From Geosiphon pyriformis uo1 (Eukaryota > Fungi > Glomeromycota), in NCBI GenBank assembly GCA_016748015.1, contig JAAOMT010000602.1, positions 1,315,696 through 1,379,695 on the forward strand: 64,000 bases of DNA, given 5' to 3'. The translations under genes were made by a program, and so were the position numbers. Under the pieces are notes generated by a model. The model made no database searches. It had not been told where the DNA came from and saw nothing but the letters and a program-made list of their open reading frames with translations. The stretch's first letter is position 1. Each line of letters begins with the position of its first letter. Below are positions 38,896 through 53,263 of the stretch, piece by piece.

Positions 38896-41879
38896 TCTTT
38901 AATAATTGTGAATTAAAAAAAAATGTGAGAATATTGACGCTTTCAAACTGAAAATATCTTTGAAAAAATTATCTTCTATAAAGATCAGTTTTCGTGGACA
39001 TGAAATTTTTCAAAATTCCGAATATGTCAACTTTTAAAAAGTAAAATAACCATCAAGTTTTATACTTTTCTCAATCAAAAATTATTTAAAATTAGCAATC
39101 TCCTCGACTCATTGTAAATTCTTTTTTTTTAGTTTTATTTTTATTTTTATTTTTATTTTATTTTTTTTACAAAGTTATTGGAAAATATTCGAGGACAATA
39201 TCCTTATTTTTAATCTAATTTGGATTTTAAAGTTGTTTTCAAGTGCGGAAAAATTTTAAGCTAATTTTCTAACTCGAGAAAATCTACACACTGGCTGAAA
39301 ACAAACAAAAAACGACCTTTTTCGGATAATGCATGATTTTTTGAATAGACTAATATATTGTTCAAATCTTTATCAACTTTACAATTAATCGTTTTAGATT
39401 CACTACTGAAACTATAGGCATCCAAAATAAACAAACGTTTCCTCCACAAACCATCCTCCTAAAAAAGGACAATGTATTTAAGAAAAATAAAAGTACCACT
39501 GATAACCTTGGAGTGTTCTATATTCCAATTAATTCCCTTTTTTTGGAAACGTACCAGCCATATGGCTGCAACCATTTTCGAAATTTAATGGTGACCAAGT
39601 TTCCTCAATCTACATTGTTGACTTTAATTCACAACGGTTAGCTAAATCGAGTTAAATTTTGGTTTCAGTAGCCGGGGTATTAAATCTGTCCTTCTCATTG
39701 TTTCCTCATTCGGGATATGTTTGCATAATTGTTAGAAAATTAAAGTTTTAAATGCAGCTACTATCAATTATTCTTATTTGATGAGGGATAACTGATACTA
39801 AGAGAGATTTTGACATTTGAATAGTAACAAACTTTGCTTTTTTTTTTTGCTTTGAAGTGAATTGTATTTTTTAATGTGTCTAAAATTACAGTGAAGAAAA
39901 TAATTGATTTCTTTGTTTATCTTAGTTGAATATATATTAGGCATTAAAAAAGGGGGTCTTTTTAGGTAATTCATTTTTATTTGATATACAAGATTAAAAT
40001 CGTTTTTTAAATTTTAACTTTCATTTGTCATTCAAAAGAAAAAAGTAAAAACCTGAAATCATTTTAAAGAGAACTTTTAATTAACGAATCTTGGAAGCAT
40101 CAAAAAAAAAAAAAAAAAAAAAAAAAAAACTTTTTTCTTACCTGAGAACTTTTTGCAAAAAAAACGTAAACATCCTAGGAATGGAATAATCATATTTATT
40201 TACCTAAATGTTTATCCTCATTGACCATTCGGTTTAATATTTTTCCATTTAAGCAAAAAAATGCGTCATTTATCAATTAAGAGTATAAATGCCTTACGCA
40301 TATTTTCTGTTTGGCGATTGTTTATCAGTCTCGTGCATTTTTATTTGTTCTTTCGATAAAATAATTTGACAAATACTTACCCTGATTTACTTGCATAATC
40401 TTATTTACATATATTTCTGTCAATCAACCTATCCAATCTAATTTTTTAAACTTTGACCTAAATCAAAAATTTCCTCAGGGTTTGATTGAAGATATTTACC
40501 TTCAAGACGCCTAAAGTCCATGCTAAGCCGAAAATGATTTTAAAAAGGTATGAATGACTTCTACTACATATAATTATTGATGGACTTAGCTACCGAATGA
40601 ATTTTATCAACATCTAGAATCAAATGAGCTAAATTTAAAATTTTACTAAAAAATACATTTTCTGGCATTCGATGCGGTTCAATGATGACATTGATCATTG
40701 TCTTCTTTATTAAAAGATCATAAATAAAGTTATATATATTACTTTTAGGAACAAATTTAAAGCATCTAAAATAAAATATAGTTTTTGTTTAAAATTTTAT
40801 GAATATATAAGGAATTAAAAAATAACCTCTGTTTTTCATGAAACCATAGGGTATTATTACAATAAAAACGTAATTTAAATCAGAAAAATTTTTTATGCAA
40901 ACTTTTCTGCACTATATTCTTGTATCCTGTCAGAAAATTCACTGTTCAATCTTATTAAGACTTATCAGCGGACCTCGGTTATAAGATGCTCGAGAACTTT
41001 GAATAATGTTCTTGGAATAACTGGTTTTTTTTTTAATCCTTTATCACTCACTATAATTTGTACTTTATTTGGCCTAACAAATTTTATCTCAAAGAGAAAA
41101 AGTTTTCCCACGCCAAAAAGTTTTAATTTGAATCTTTGAGTGGAGCGTTGAAAGCCTTGATTATTATTATTATTATTATTATTATAAATTGTGACTTTGT
41201 GACTTTCTATTCAAAAAAATTTTTGATGTCACTTTTCATTCTTTGGAAAAGCTTTTTTGTCATTTTTAGCCTAACTTTAAAAAATTTTATTGATTCAAAC
41301 TTGGGTCATGAATACAAAATTCAAACATTAAAATTATACCATGAATAGGTAAACCTTTTTTGGTATTAAATTTCCTAATTATGTTTCTGTAACCTTCTCT
41401 ATCCCCCTTCAAAAGAAATCATGCATGTTTTCTTTGCAGATTCAATCTAACAGCTCAAAATGCTTCAATGGTAAAAAAAATGACAGTTTCTGGATTCTTC
41501 AATGATGTCTAGAAATATTTATTTATTTATTTTTTTACTTTTTGACATGTCTAATACCTCGAGGTCACCAAACACAAAAATTTTTATATATGCAACAAGT
41601 TTTTGAATTCAAAGTCCATTGTATTCATAGTTTATATTAGGTACGTGTGATAAAGGCACCTAAACATTTTTCGTGAGAAAATTCGATTACCTCATTTCCA
41701 AAGTAGGGTTCTTTCTATGGCACAAAGATATTTATGAAATAAAACATATTTTTATATTAAAAGTTGATTGGGGAAAATTTGAGACATAATCTAATTGGTT
41801 TATTTCATATTCTGCATTTTCCCGAATAAGGTTTAAAACCTCTTACGATAAAATCCAGACTTTTTTGATTTGAAAAAAA

Positions 41880-41884
<5 letters not shown>

Positions 41885-41927
<43 letters not shown>
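41885..41927. repeat. (TAA)n microsatellite
   Basis: Seen directly. Confidence 0.9.
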
Positions 41928-43160
41928 TTGGCTTTTTTACAAACCCTTCGAATAATGATTGTAATAAACAAACGTATTCCTTTTTAGATTTAGAATTTTC
42001 GTTTGAAAACAAATTTCGTCTAATCCTAAAATATAGCACATAACACTTTGAACTATAATTGATTTGAGTTTGTTAAACATTCTATGCTTCTTGTATATAT
42101 GTGTCATTAAAAGAATTTGTGCATATTATTATGATTGTTCTTGGTGAGAAAAGACCCAATTCATCGCTCAATAATTTCATATCTGCTAATTTCATATTTA
42201 TTAACGCCTGCATTTTTAAAGCATATTTTATGTTTCTCTGTTTCCATTGGACCTATTACAATACGGTTTTGGTCTAAAACCTATTAAGATTGACAAAGGG
42301 AAAGATTTTTTTTTAAAATCTTATTCTTAATACTTCAAACAGTGAAGTGGTCTATTTCAATTTCTTATAAATTGCTTGCTTACACTTCTTTGAACCCTTC
42401 TGCATGTAATTTCTCGTCAAATCCCGAAACTATTTTTTCCGCAATGTTACTCAAGAATTTTTCTCATTTTTCTCCGTTTTCGTCTGACAATATATCTATA
42501 TCGGATGATAATAGTTATGGTTTAAGGCAAGACGTGTATTGTGTAATGGTGGCAGTAAAATGTCGAATATTTTACTTTAGACGACCCTTTTTTACTGTCA
42601 ATTATTTAACCAAAGAATTTCCAAGGGTAAAATCAAAACAAGAAAAAAAAGACCTTGTTGCTGAGAGGATCAATTTTTTAAAATTTATCAATTTGATCAC
42701 TAAAAATTTAAAGTTTGAAATACGCATTCACAAAGAATATTAGACGAATATGTCACTTTTAAATTTAAAGAACTAACGATCTCTTTATTCATAATAGCAC
42801 TATATCTGAAAGACCTACAGGCATTCGATTATTTAATGCTACATAAAAATTGTGTGCGAGGCTAAATTCGTGAGGATAAAAAAGCTAGATTTAAATTTTT
42901 TTAAAACTTCATAGCAAATCTTCTTGTCAAAAGCATACGTAAATATCAGTAACACATATCATATGAGGCTTTAGAAATCTTTAATATAGAGTAAAAAATC
43001 ATATCGCCTAAAACCCTACTCTTTCAATCCCATCTTTATGGAAAGTCATTCGATCATTTCAACAGCAAGACTTTTTGAAACTAAGAATCAAAGTCTCCCC
43101 AATTTTCTGACGTTTGGAAAAAGCGTTTTGAAAACAAAGAAATTATTTCAAAAAGATTTT

Positions 43161-44336
43161 TCAAGTGTAATTACCAAAGATTAACCATGGATCAATGGGG
43201 CCAAATTGTTGTTTATTGTGATTCGTTTGTGAGGAAGATTGTTGAAAATGTAAATGCAAGTGAAAATTTTCATTTTGCATATAGATTTGTTGAGACTCTG
43301 ATCTTGGGTAAATGAGGTCGAAAGTTTCTCTCTTAGGCTCCAAATGTGGTTGAATTTCAGGTGGTGGCATATTATATTGAATCAATCCGATAGGTATGCT
43401 GGTCATAGCTTGAACCTGAACGGCGGAGCTGTTTGAATCCCAATCCAACATTGGCTGCCCACCAAATGACTGGAGATACATTGAGGTTGTTGGAAAATTT
43501 GTGGGTACCGTTGAATGGACGGTGGCATATGATTTTTGGTTGCACAAATTGTGGTTGGTTAAAAATTGTCTCTGAATTGAGGATGTAGGCGTTTCATATT
43601 TTAATTGTGAGGCTAAGAGATTGGGGAATTCAATTTGATTTAAAGGCAAGTAAATTGGCGCGAAAGAAAAGTTGCCTGTTGAATAATGCTTTGTTGTTAG
43701 GCTTTTTCCAGCATGGCTGGGCACAGAAGATGACGAGTAGTTTTCAGTAACATGCACAAGCTGACCCGACGGAACTGATGTAGATGAATCGAGATCATCT
43801 GGAGAAATTTCGTGAGATGTTGAAATTTCCTTTGTGGGCTGATTTGTTCGGCTACGATTTGGTTTATATACATACCCAGGATTGATTTCACTATGTTTCT
43901 CTTTAACTGTCTGAGCAAGTTTAGTAAAAACATCCCGGACTTCTGATGAGGCTTTTTTCCAAACCTGACTGGCTAAATTCGAGACGACAGGCACTTGTAG
44001 TCGGCGATGGTCAACAGCAGATTGTACACCGGCGCGTAAGATGAAAAACTTGTTTGGTGGCCTCGCCGGTTTCTCCGATGTTTTTGCTTTTCGGTAAAAA
44101 TACTTTTCTTTGATTTCCTGTAGAGTCGGCACAAAGAAACGAACATGTGTTCCGTTATCAAAATCGACTATTACACTTGGTCGGGCACTGGTCGGGTCAA
44201 GAGTTGCCTGTAAAACGTTACCGACTAAATCAAATGGTAACTCCATTCGTGAAGGTGAAGAGCAGTCATCACTGGGGTTTCTAATCACATTGTACGGACT
44301 TGCTCTTTTGTTTTCATTCTTAACAGAAACAGGCAT
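43161..44336 (-). CDS. MATA_HMG-box transcription factor, 391 aa
   Basis: KPARPPNKFFILR...VVSNLASQVWKKASSEVRDVFTKLAQTVKEKHSEINPGYVYKP. Q/S/P-rich C-terminus. Confidence 0.92.
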   Translation of the reverse strand: MPVSVKNENKRASPYNVIRNPSDDCSSPSRMELPFDLVGNVLQATLDPTSARPSVIVDFDNGTHVRFFVPTLQEIKEKYFYRKAKTSEKPARPPNKFFILRAGVQSAVDHRRLQVPVVSNLASQVWKKASSEVRDVFTKLAQTVKEKHSEINPGYVYKPNRSRTNQPTKEISTSHEISPDDLDSSTSVPSGQLVHVTENYSSSSVPSHAGKSLTTKHYSTGNFSFAPIYLPLNQIEFPNLLASQLKYETPTSSIQRQFLTNHNLCNQKSYATVHSTVPTNFPTTSMYLQSFGGQPMLDWDSNSSAVQVQAMTSIPIGLIQYNMPPPEIQPHLEPKRETFDLIYPRSESQQIYMQNENFHLHLHFQQSSSQTNHNKQQFGPIDPWLIFGNYT

Positions 44337-47046
44337 TTTTCTATGTATTCAAACAAATAAGAATATCACAAATATGATTAGAAAATTAAAGTTTGTAGTT
44401 CATAAACCAAAAAAGGTATTCCTAAAGGCAAGCTGTTGATTTTGTTTAGCCCAAACTAAGTGAGGTGTTTTGTTGTTGTTATTGTTGTTGTTGTTGTTGT
44501 TGTACCCACGGGAACAAAATGTTCAAATAAACCAATTAACTGAGGCCCAGTCTCAGCTTGCGCAACTTTTATAATGATTAGGATGAAGCTTTATACATTA
44601 TCGAGTATACACGTCAAGAGCTCACGATATTTTACTTACAGAATTATTTTTTCTTGAAAAGTTTAAAATTTTTTAGAGGGTCGTTGTAGCGCCAAGGAGA
44701 AAAAGAAAAAAGATTTTTACCCTGAACTTTATTCAAGTTCTCACACAACTTGTCACGAGCAAAATGACTCATTGAGATCCCATCTGATTGGAAGATCAAT
44801 TTGCTATTTCATAAAATCTAATAAGAAATTCATTCCCTTCCGAAAACATGCTAATTTGGGCAAAACGAAACAAAATGTAAATACTTTCATTTTTGGTTTA
44901 TCTATTGTTGTTTCAAAATATCGATTGAAGTTTCTTTTAAAGTCTTTGGTAAGACTAGCATGTAAAAACATCGATCTTTTGGTGTGAATATCCCATGCTA
45001 TTGTCCCAGAATAATAATGGTCTATTATGTTATATCCCTCTTTTGGGCTTTCATTACCTGGGTGATTGAATTTTAAGTAATCAGTGAAAATTTTCCTCAC
45101 CCAGTAATTTTTAAAAAAATCTGAGCCACGTAGCTTGGGAATTTCTTATTTATTTTTTGACACAAAATTCAAAGAATATAGAGATATTTTATGGCACACA
45201 ATGCTCTTTGATTTCTTAGTAATAATTTTTTTTCCTAATACTTTTGAGAATATAAAAACCAATGTGCATTTTTTTGCTCATTCAAAAAATGTCCATTGAC
45301 AATTGTTCTACATGACAGTAATCTTTTAATCACTGTTTTATAAGCATTTTCTTTGGGATATTTATTTATCATATTTTTAGGATAATTTCTACAAATTGGA
45401 ATAACTGAAGATGAATGATTTGTTTTCTTTTTGGATTGCAGGTCTTAACCGTCATTTTCTATTGATCAGACTTGACAAAAGAGCATGAGACCTTGGGTTT
45501 TTCCGTTCGGCTGATACTCTCTAGGGGATCAGTTTACGATGAACTACTCTTTTTCAGATATGGGTCCCCTTTCTTTGACACCGGGTTAAAGATTCTCAAT
45601 TTTGGAACAAAATTCAAGTTCGCCCTCAATTTCAAAGACCTTTTTATATTAGAAGCATCAATTGTGTACCGATAGAAATTACGAATAAGCGCATGCATTT
45701 ATTCTATTGTTGTCAATAATTGGAGGAAAATGAGGAAATAATTTTTGTCAGTATATTAATATCTTAAATGGTATTAGAAGTATTTTAAGGCAAAAAAATC
45801 TTTAGAATAAAGAAAATAATAATATGCACCGTTTCTCACCTGAAGTAGTTTTCAAAATTTTCGGGATTATTTATTGAATCATAAATAAAAACTCGAATTT
45901 AAAAGAGATCTCAATAGAATTTGAAAAAGGGTTCTAACAGTCGAAGAAACTAATCTAAAGAAAAAACTAATGATGCTAGTGCTATCTTGAGTGATCATGA
46001 ATCATTTGGACATTTTGTCTAATCCATTTTTATTCTGGTTAATTTTAGTAATAAAAGAATTTTGTTTACTAAAATAATTTGGCCTGTTAAACGGTTGAAG
46101 TATTTAATTGTAAAAAAAATTAGTATTTTAGCATCAAGAAAGGAATTAATCAATTTAAAACAAGAGGTTGTAGACACAAAAAGTTACCCATCTAACATAG
46201 AATGTTCTTACATAATAAAACCATTGATTATTTGTAACTGAAGGTACTATAATCATACATTTAGACACATAGGACATATCCACAAATATTCATTTTCGCG
46301 AGAAAGATGATAACACCACTTAAAGTAGTTAAACTTCCCAAATCGAAACTTTTGAGGCTACAAAACGTTGCCAACAATGAACTTATCGACATATTATAGC
46401 CAAAAATGAGCAAATCAATCAGCAAAGATATTAATGTGCACAGCCTCAATTAAAGTTGGCTTGCAAATTATCATCGGAATTTTATGTCTTTAATATTAGA
46501 AGCATGTGTTTCAATCTTAGAGCTTATAAAATCTAGGAAATCTTTTATTTTGCTTATCAGTTAGAATCTGTTGGATGTGGCCTAAAAATTTTTGCGTTAC
46601 AATGAATATATTAAATTTTGAATTCTATTTTTTTATTTTAACTGATTGATTTATATCAATTTTTCAAATGCATTCCTTATCAATCTCTGATGTCGTCAAA
46701 TATTGGCGTAGAATTGATGTGGAAGATAAAGCGGCATTCTTGAATGTGGTATCTGAGCTCATATTTAAACCCTTACCTGATATTGAAAACTTGAAAGGTC
46801 AGTTTAATTTATGCGTTTTAGTGCTTATTTTAAAAAAATTAGAAATAATAAAATCTTGATTATCCACAAATAAGCAGGAATATGAAATTAGTTAGTTGGA
46901 TCTGAATTTCGACTTACCAATGCATAATTGGAACGTAAACACTAACGATACCATTAAAATTTTATTGAGGCACGTGCAAGTTTTGCGAGGGTAAATTATT
47001 TTCCAAATTTTTTGAATGTCATTTTATTGGTAATACTCAACTAATG

Positions 47047-47048
<2 letters not shown>

Positions 47049-47143
<95 letters not shown>

Positions 47144-47159
47144 TGATAATAATAATAAT
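47049..47159. repeat. (ATA)n microsatellite
   Basis: About 110 nt trinucleotide run. Confidence 0.95.
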
Positions 47160-50100
47160 CGATACCAATATGGATTATTTTCCATCACCCACTTTTCGGA
47201 TTGCTGTATGTCTTTCTCCTTTGTAACTTTGCTTTTGTTTTATTTTGTGGATCGTAAAGATAGCTTCTATGTTATCCTTAGCTGTTGATATTCATTGTCC
47301 TATGTTTCTTGATTTTGTCTGAATATCTTTTATATAAATAAATATAAACCAATTTACTTGAATTCAAACCTCATTTTTGCACAGAAAAATTCTTCACGCA
47401 ATATGTAGCAATTTCACAGTTCCATTCGGATTTCAAAAAAATGTATATTTACTTCAAATTCCTATTTTTTTGCATAATTTTTTTTACTTTTCCCAAACCA
47501 GCAAGGCTTTGATAAATGACTTAAGCAACCAACAAGAAACATGTTTCAACTAGAATTATTATGAAAGATTAAACTAACCCTTTAATCAACGCCTGCGAAA
47601 CTTATTGACTTGGCTCCTTGCAGATTAGAGGTGATAAGGATTTTTAAGCTACATTCAATTTATTGATAGATTTTTATGAACATATTGACCTACTTTTCTC
47701 AATGCATATCAGGTAATCTTTCTTGCGACAACCGTTATCGCCTTTTGTGCTCAATTTTTCTAAATTTTTGATATTGCAATGTATAATTGAGATAAGTATC
47801 TCTGTGAACTTACTTAATTTTTAATCTCACTCCAGAAGTAGATTAGCTTTTGCTTGCATATTCCTTGACTGACAGGTTTATTTCTAATGTGAATTATGTA
47901 AATAGCTGCAAATTAATTCTGCCTATCACATAGACTTTTATTTGGATAAAAATGAAAATTTTTTTACTCTTGCCTGTTGATCGTCACTATAAACGAGATA
48001 TGCAAAAAACTGGGACTTGCCATTTTTTATATTTAAAACATCACCACATATCGAGAAAGTATAGGATATTAAAAATAAATTTATATAATTCTTAGAAATT
48101 TTTTTTTTACTATCTACCTTCGTGATTATTTATTTTATTGCTAGATATTAGTTTTTGTACTCATACATATTTTCTGAACATAAAAGAAAAGTACCCTTTC
48201 TTTGATACGATTATGTTTCTACATAGATTACTAAACTTTCCATGCTTCTATATTTAGATGTCTCTTCATAATAAATTCGAATTTTTATAACATAGAAAAT
48301 TAAGAATTTAATTCTTAAATACAAAAATCAAATAAAAATATAAAATATTTTTCTGATCCTTTGAATTTTAAATATCAATTGAATATATGAAAACCATAAT
48401 TGGAAAAATAAAATTAAACTGCGGCCGATGTGTTTATTTAAATATGTAAATTTAAAAAGAAAACCATTAAATTTTAATGCAAAAGTTAAAAACATAGAAT
48501 CATGAAATTGACTTCAATATTTTCTCATCTTGTAGAACTATTAATATTCTTTGTTGTCATTTGAATTGCTAAACTGCATTAAGTTTTTGATTTTTAGTTT
48601 TCTTTTTATAAATAAAGTAGTAAATAAAAACATTTAATAATTTTATTGCATCCTCATTTTATATATATGTATTACTTATAATATAATACCTAATTAACTT
48701 TCTTATTTTAAATATTTTCTTCTTTTAAAAAAACAAATAGTTGTATGTGTAATTCTTGCAATTTTATAATATAAATAGAAAAATAAAGTAATTACTGGGA
48801 AATAGTAGAAGATTTAAATAAGTAAAAAAGTTTTAATAATTGTTTTTAAAAAAATGATAAAAGACTACAAATGATAATATTATTAATTTAATCATTAATT
48901 ATTATTAAGTGTATATAAACAACGTTTATTTATATTTGTTTTCATTTTTTTCATTTTTTTATTTTTTATTGTAAAATTAATTGTTAGATTATAAAAAATT
49001 TGTTAACTGAGAAATAAGTATGTTATTGAATTTGTAATGCAAAAATTAATTCTTTATTTTGTTGGCTTGAAATTAATACTTTTAAGACTAAATCTCTTTT
49101 TTGAATACTTTATTTACTATTTTTCTCGGCTCATAAAAATTTAATTTTCAAATAACATGATTTATTTTCAATTAATAATTCATCCTTTCTTTTGTATTTC
49201 ACATTTTTCATTATTGATTTGACTAAATTGAGTAAAAACCTTTTATTTTTTAAACATGAATCATCCTAAATTCTCTATTAAAAATTCCTTTCGAGTATTT
49301 AAGTCAAATAAATTTTGGCTTGGATCATATTTCCTTGTGTTCAGTTTTTAGCGAATAAACGAGAATTTTAAAGCCAAGAAATAAAAAAATGGCTTCAAAC
49401 TATTTTTTTTACAAAGTTGTTAGTAATTTTTCTTGACCAACCTTTACTGTGTTTCTAAACGAAATTTTCTGTTTTTTTTCAATTTTTGCGAATTGTAATA
49501 TAATTTAGAGAAATCAATGCTTGAATTTCTTGAAAGCTGTATTTCCTAACTTAGCAAATATAAAATCATCTTGAGTTCCCGCTTTTTCACAGACAATTGT
49601 ATTAATGGTTATTTTGCACAAAAAATCTTGAACATTATGGTGTTGTGAGAAAAAAATAGTAACACCAAGTCTTTTTTCACATCGTAATTCATTTGTACTT
49701 TTGGTTAAGGCATTGCATGTGATTTTATCACATGAAAAATTATAAATAACAGTTTGTTTACCAGTATGTTTATCAAAATACTTTTTTAACAAAGTTTTTT
49801 AGGAAACAGATAAGGTATCATAACTAAGCCAAATATTTATTTTGCAATACTTTATACTAAATTTGATCAATGAGCAGGTTAAAAGTCAAAACATCAAATT
49901 TGATTGAGTAAAAAATTAGAGTCATCTGCAAAAAAACCAAATATCACATAGAAAATATTTCTGCTATTTTAATTTGTCATTTTGCATCTTTTGCAAACGC
50001 AAAACTATAAATCAAAATTTTAAACTTTTTTGAATTTTAATCCATTAATATCTTTATAAGTTTTAAGCTTATAGAAAGTCTGTTAAAGTTTTAGAATAAT

Positions 50101-52102
50101 GAGATTTTTAAAAATTTAAAATACCAAAAAAATGATATTTATAGCTAGAAAAGTTTAATTCAAAGCATAAGTTATAAAGGAAGTAGGGATAAAAAATACT
50201 GGTGGGAAAATTTATTAAAAGAATAGACGATTGATAGTTAGAAACAGAATGGGATAAAAGATTTTTTAATTAAAGTTTGATTTGAAATGTCTACACAAAT
50301 AAACCTCGAATGAGATTTGCAAAAGGATAAAAATTTTGGGTGATAAGGAAACTTTTTAAAGGGAAGAATTAGTAACAATAGATTCATTATGAGCTGGCGA
50401 AGAAGTTTTTAAATCCGTGACAGCTTCATGAATGCAAGCGTCGACAAAAGGTTAAATAATTTCAGTGAAATTATCTAATGAATATTGAAGTATAATATTT
50501 ATTTATTATGAATTTATTTAAATTAAATTATTAAAAGAATAAAACTACTATTTACCCTCAGCTTTCATCTATATCAGGGCTGAAATTAAGTCCGAATACT
50601 TTGAGTAAATAGCACCGATGAAGTTTGCCTACGAGTATCACTTGGACTAATGGGTAAAGTGGAAATTATAGTATAATGAAAAATTATATATAAACCTTCA
50701 AACTAGTCTGTTTTATTGAATTCTTGATCTTGGTTGAAGATGTCAGAATTTTTAGGGGATAGCAAACGTTAAAATTCTGAAAAGAAGCTAAAATTATTAT
50801 TATTCATCGTTATAATGATGAAGAAAGGCAAACTTTAATGGTCAGAACTCTTTTATAAACCATCTCCATCCAGTATTCCTCAATCGAAGTAAAGTTTTTA
50901 TTAACTCAAATGAGATAGTTCAGTTTTCGCTAAAGATCGGAAAACCAATAAGAAAAAGTCGATTATAATTAAAGATAGTAAAAGCCTTGGTGTGAAGTTC
51001 AAAAAACTTTTAGAGAAACAGAAAAAACGAAAAGAACGGAATAATTAATAATGTAAAGTCATTTGAATTTTCAATTAAATTGCTCGTAATGATTATGATC
51101 TAAAGCTGTATTAAGAACTATCCTGATTCATTTTAATTTTCCCCCAGAAGAAATAAAAATAGAAGCCCATAAATAAAAATTAGAAACGAAATCTCAAAGT
51201 TACAAAAATTTAGAAAATTTCCTCATCATTAAAAAAATTTCTACGATAACAAAGTGATATTTTCACAATACCAAGAAACAACTCGGCTTCATTTACTACT
51301 CGCCGTAAAACAAACAGTTTGGTCAAAAAACCCTGAGATTTATGTAATGCGTCACAAAAATATTAGTAAAGAGAATATATGGGCTTAACTTTACAAAGCC
51401 TAGTCTCACCATAATCAAATAGAGTTTCAAAAATCAGCTCAAAATTTTAAAGAATCTAATGAATTATAATTTTTAAATTTCAGTAGATATCTTAAAGTCG
51501 CCCAAGCTAGCTTTATTTTATGAATGATGCAAGGAGAGCGGCAGTACGATTTGAGATTTGTCACTTATAAAAATTTCTGTTTGAAAAATTGGTAAAAAAT
51601 GGGCTAGTTTTTTTCGCGCATAAAATCGCGAATTCTTAGAAAGCGGTAAAGATTTTGGGAATGGGAAAATGAAAATAATCTTTTAAAAACTCGATTTTAA
51701 AATACAATTTATAAAATTAGTTATAAATTTAGGTTAAGAGCATATAGGAAATGCCTAAAATTCCAATTTTATATAATTATTTTTTACTCTTGATTCAAAG
51801 TTCCAATTCATGGCATTGAAAGGTAATTTTAGTCATGAGAAATTTATTTCAAGCTTTTTAATGCGAATATTGATTCATAAATATTTTATTCTTACAAAAT
51901 GGTATAAAAAAATTTGTCTCAAATTTAAAAACCTGCGTGTGTATTTTACAAAATAAGGGTTTGGGGTTCAGAAAACTTAAATGCTGTGATTCCTTATCTT
52001 TTGAATTATTATATATATATATATATATGCTAGACTAAATTCTAGCTGCTTATCTTTACTTTTAAATTAATATTTTTGGTTGTTCTATATTTTAACGAAA
52101 AG

Positions 52103-53263
52103 TTATTCAGCTGCTGGTTTCTTTCCATAGCATCTAAAGGTATTGAGCGATGAATGATATTCTTCCACCTCTTGGATCAGAGAACACAGTAGCCTTTCGT
52201 ACTCTGCGTCGCTTACACCCATTTCTGGTTGTAAAAATGGTTTCATTAATTTCAGGAAGTTGATATTATCTTCTAATGCTGTCTCTCCTAGCGTGCCTCC
52301 CCATTTCCCTAAGGGTGTCATTTTTTGCAAGTATTTTATGTCGACCAGATCAGCTGACTCAAACCAAGAAGTGATATTTGCGCTTATTTTTATATCTACT
52401 TTTTTGGATTTTAAAATTTTGAAAGCTAAATTTTGAGTTTTCAAAAAATTAATTAGAAATTTTTATTAAAGATAAAATATTTATTGGCTTAAAATTAAAA
52501 ATTATACCACAATCAATAAAAAGCTTTCCGACTGGACCGCTGTTATTATATTCTAGGTCTGGCTCCATAATTTCGATCCATCCACCAGATTTCACAATTC
52601 GAACCAACTCCCGAATCTGTTCCCGATATTGAGTTTGAGTACAGCTGGCAAAAAGCATTCTTTGGTAGACGAAATCAAAGTGATTTTCTTCCCAAGGTAA
52701 TCCTTCTAAAACATTTAATTGAATAAAAGAGGCATTCCTAGGCTTAACAAATTTTGGAAAATGTGCATCAGAGTCAACACCAGTGAATTTTGTGGCAACA
52801 TATTCTGTGGCCATATCAAGAACCCAAGTACCCGGTCCACAGCTATTATAGAAAGTTTAAGAAACTTATTAGACAATAAAATGATAACTTCGCAGAAGTT
52901 TTTGAAATTCTTGTAAAATCATTACCCAACATCTAAGACACGAGAATTTTTTTGGAGAAAAACGGGTGCTGAAAAATTCCCACCCCAAGTAACTTTAACA
53001 ATCCAATGCTGATTTTGCAAGCGATCTTGCTCTTCATTGGCATGATAGAATTTTAAAGTTCTGGGTTCTTTTTTCTTGTTATATTGAACTTCACTACAAG
53101 TTACAATATCTTCAACAGTTTTAGAGTAAGGAGGAGTAGTTGAAGCCTTGGCGATTGTAATCACGGATGGAACAGCTGATGTATAATTTGTGGAATTTAC
53201 ATCTGAAAGACAAAGTTTTACAGCACTTGAAGTTTCTTGTTCTTTAGTAAGGCAATTACCCAT
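52103..53263 (-). CDS. Class I SAM-dependent methyltransferase (LaeA-like family), 3 exons
   Basis: Exons 53263-52926, 52842-52508 and 52425-52103. Motifs: EQDRLQNQH, GNFSAPV, RVLDVGCGPGTWVLDMA, FTGVD, GLPWEENHFDFVYQR, ELVRIVKSGGWIEIMEPD. Confidence 0.92.

Noticed and set aside
37525-44336. Calling the HMG pair a sexP/sexM mating-type locus
   Set aside because: The diagnostic flanking genes are absent and MATA-HMG genes are numerous in this lineage.
46668-46995. Two exon-like segments
   Set aside because: In-frame stop in the second segment and no recognisable product.
47044-47226. Poly-Ile ORF (likewise the poly-Tyr ORF at 41833-42039)
   Set aside because: Microsatellite translations.
50380-50900. 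Exon-like, less AT-rich patches on the minus strand
   Set aside because: Could not be assembled into an open reading frame.
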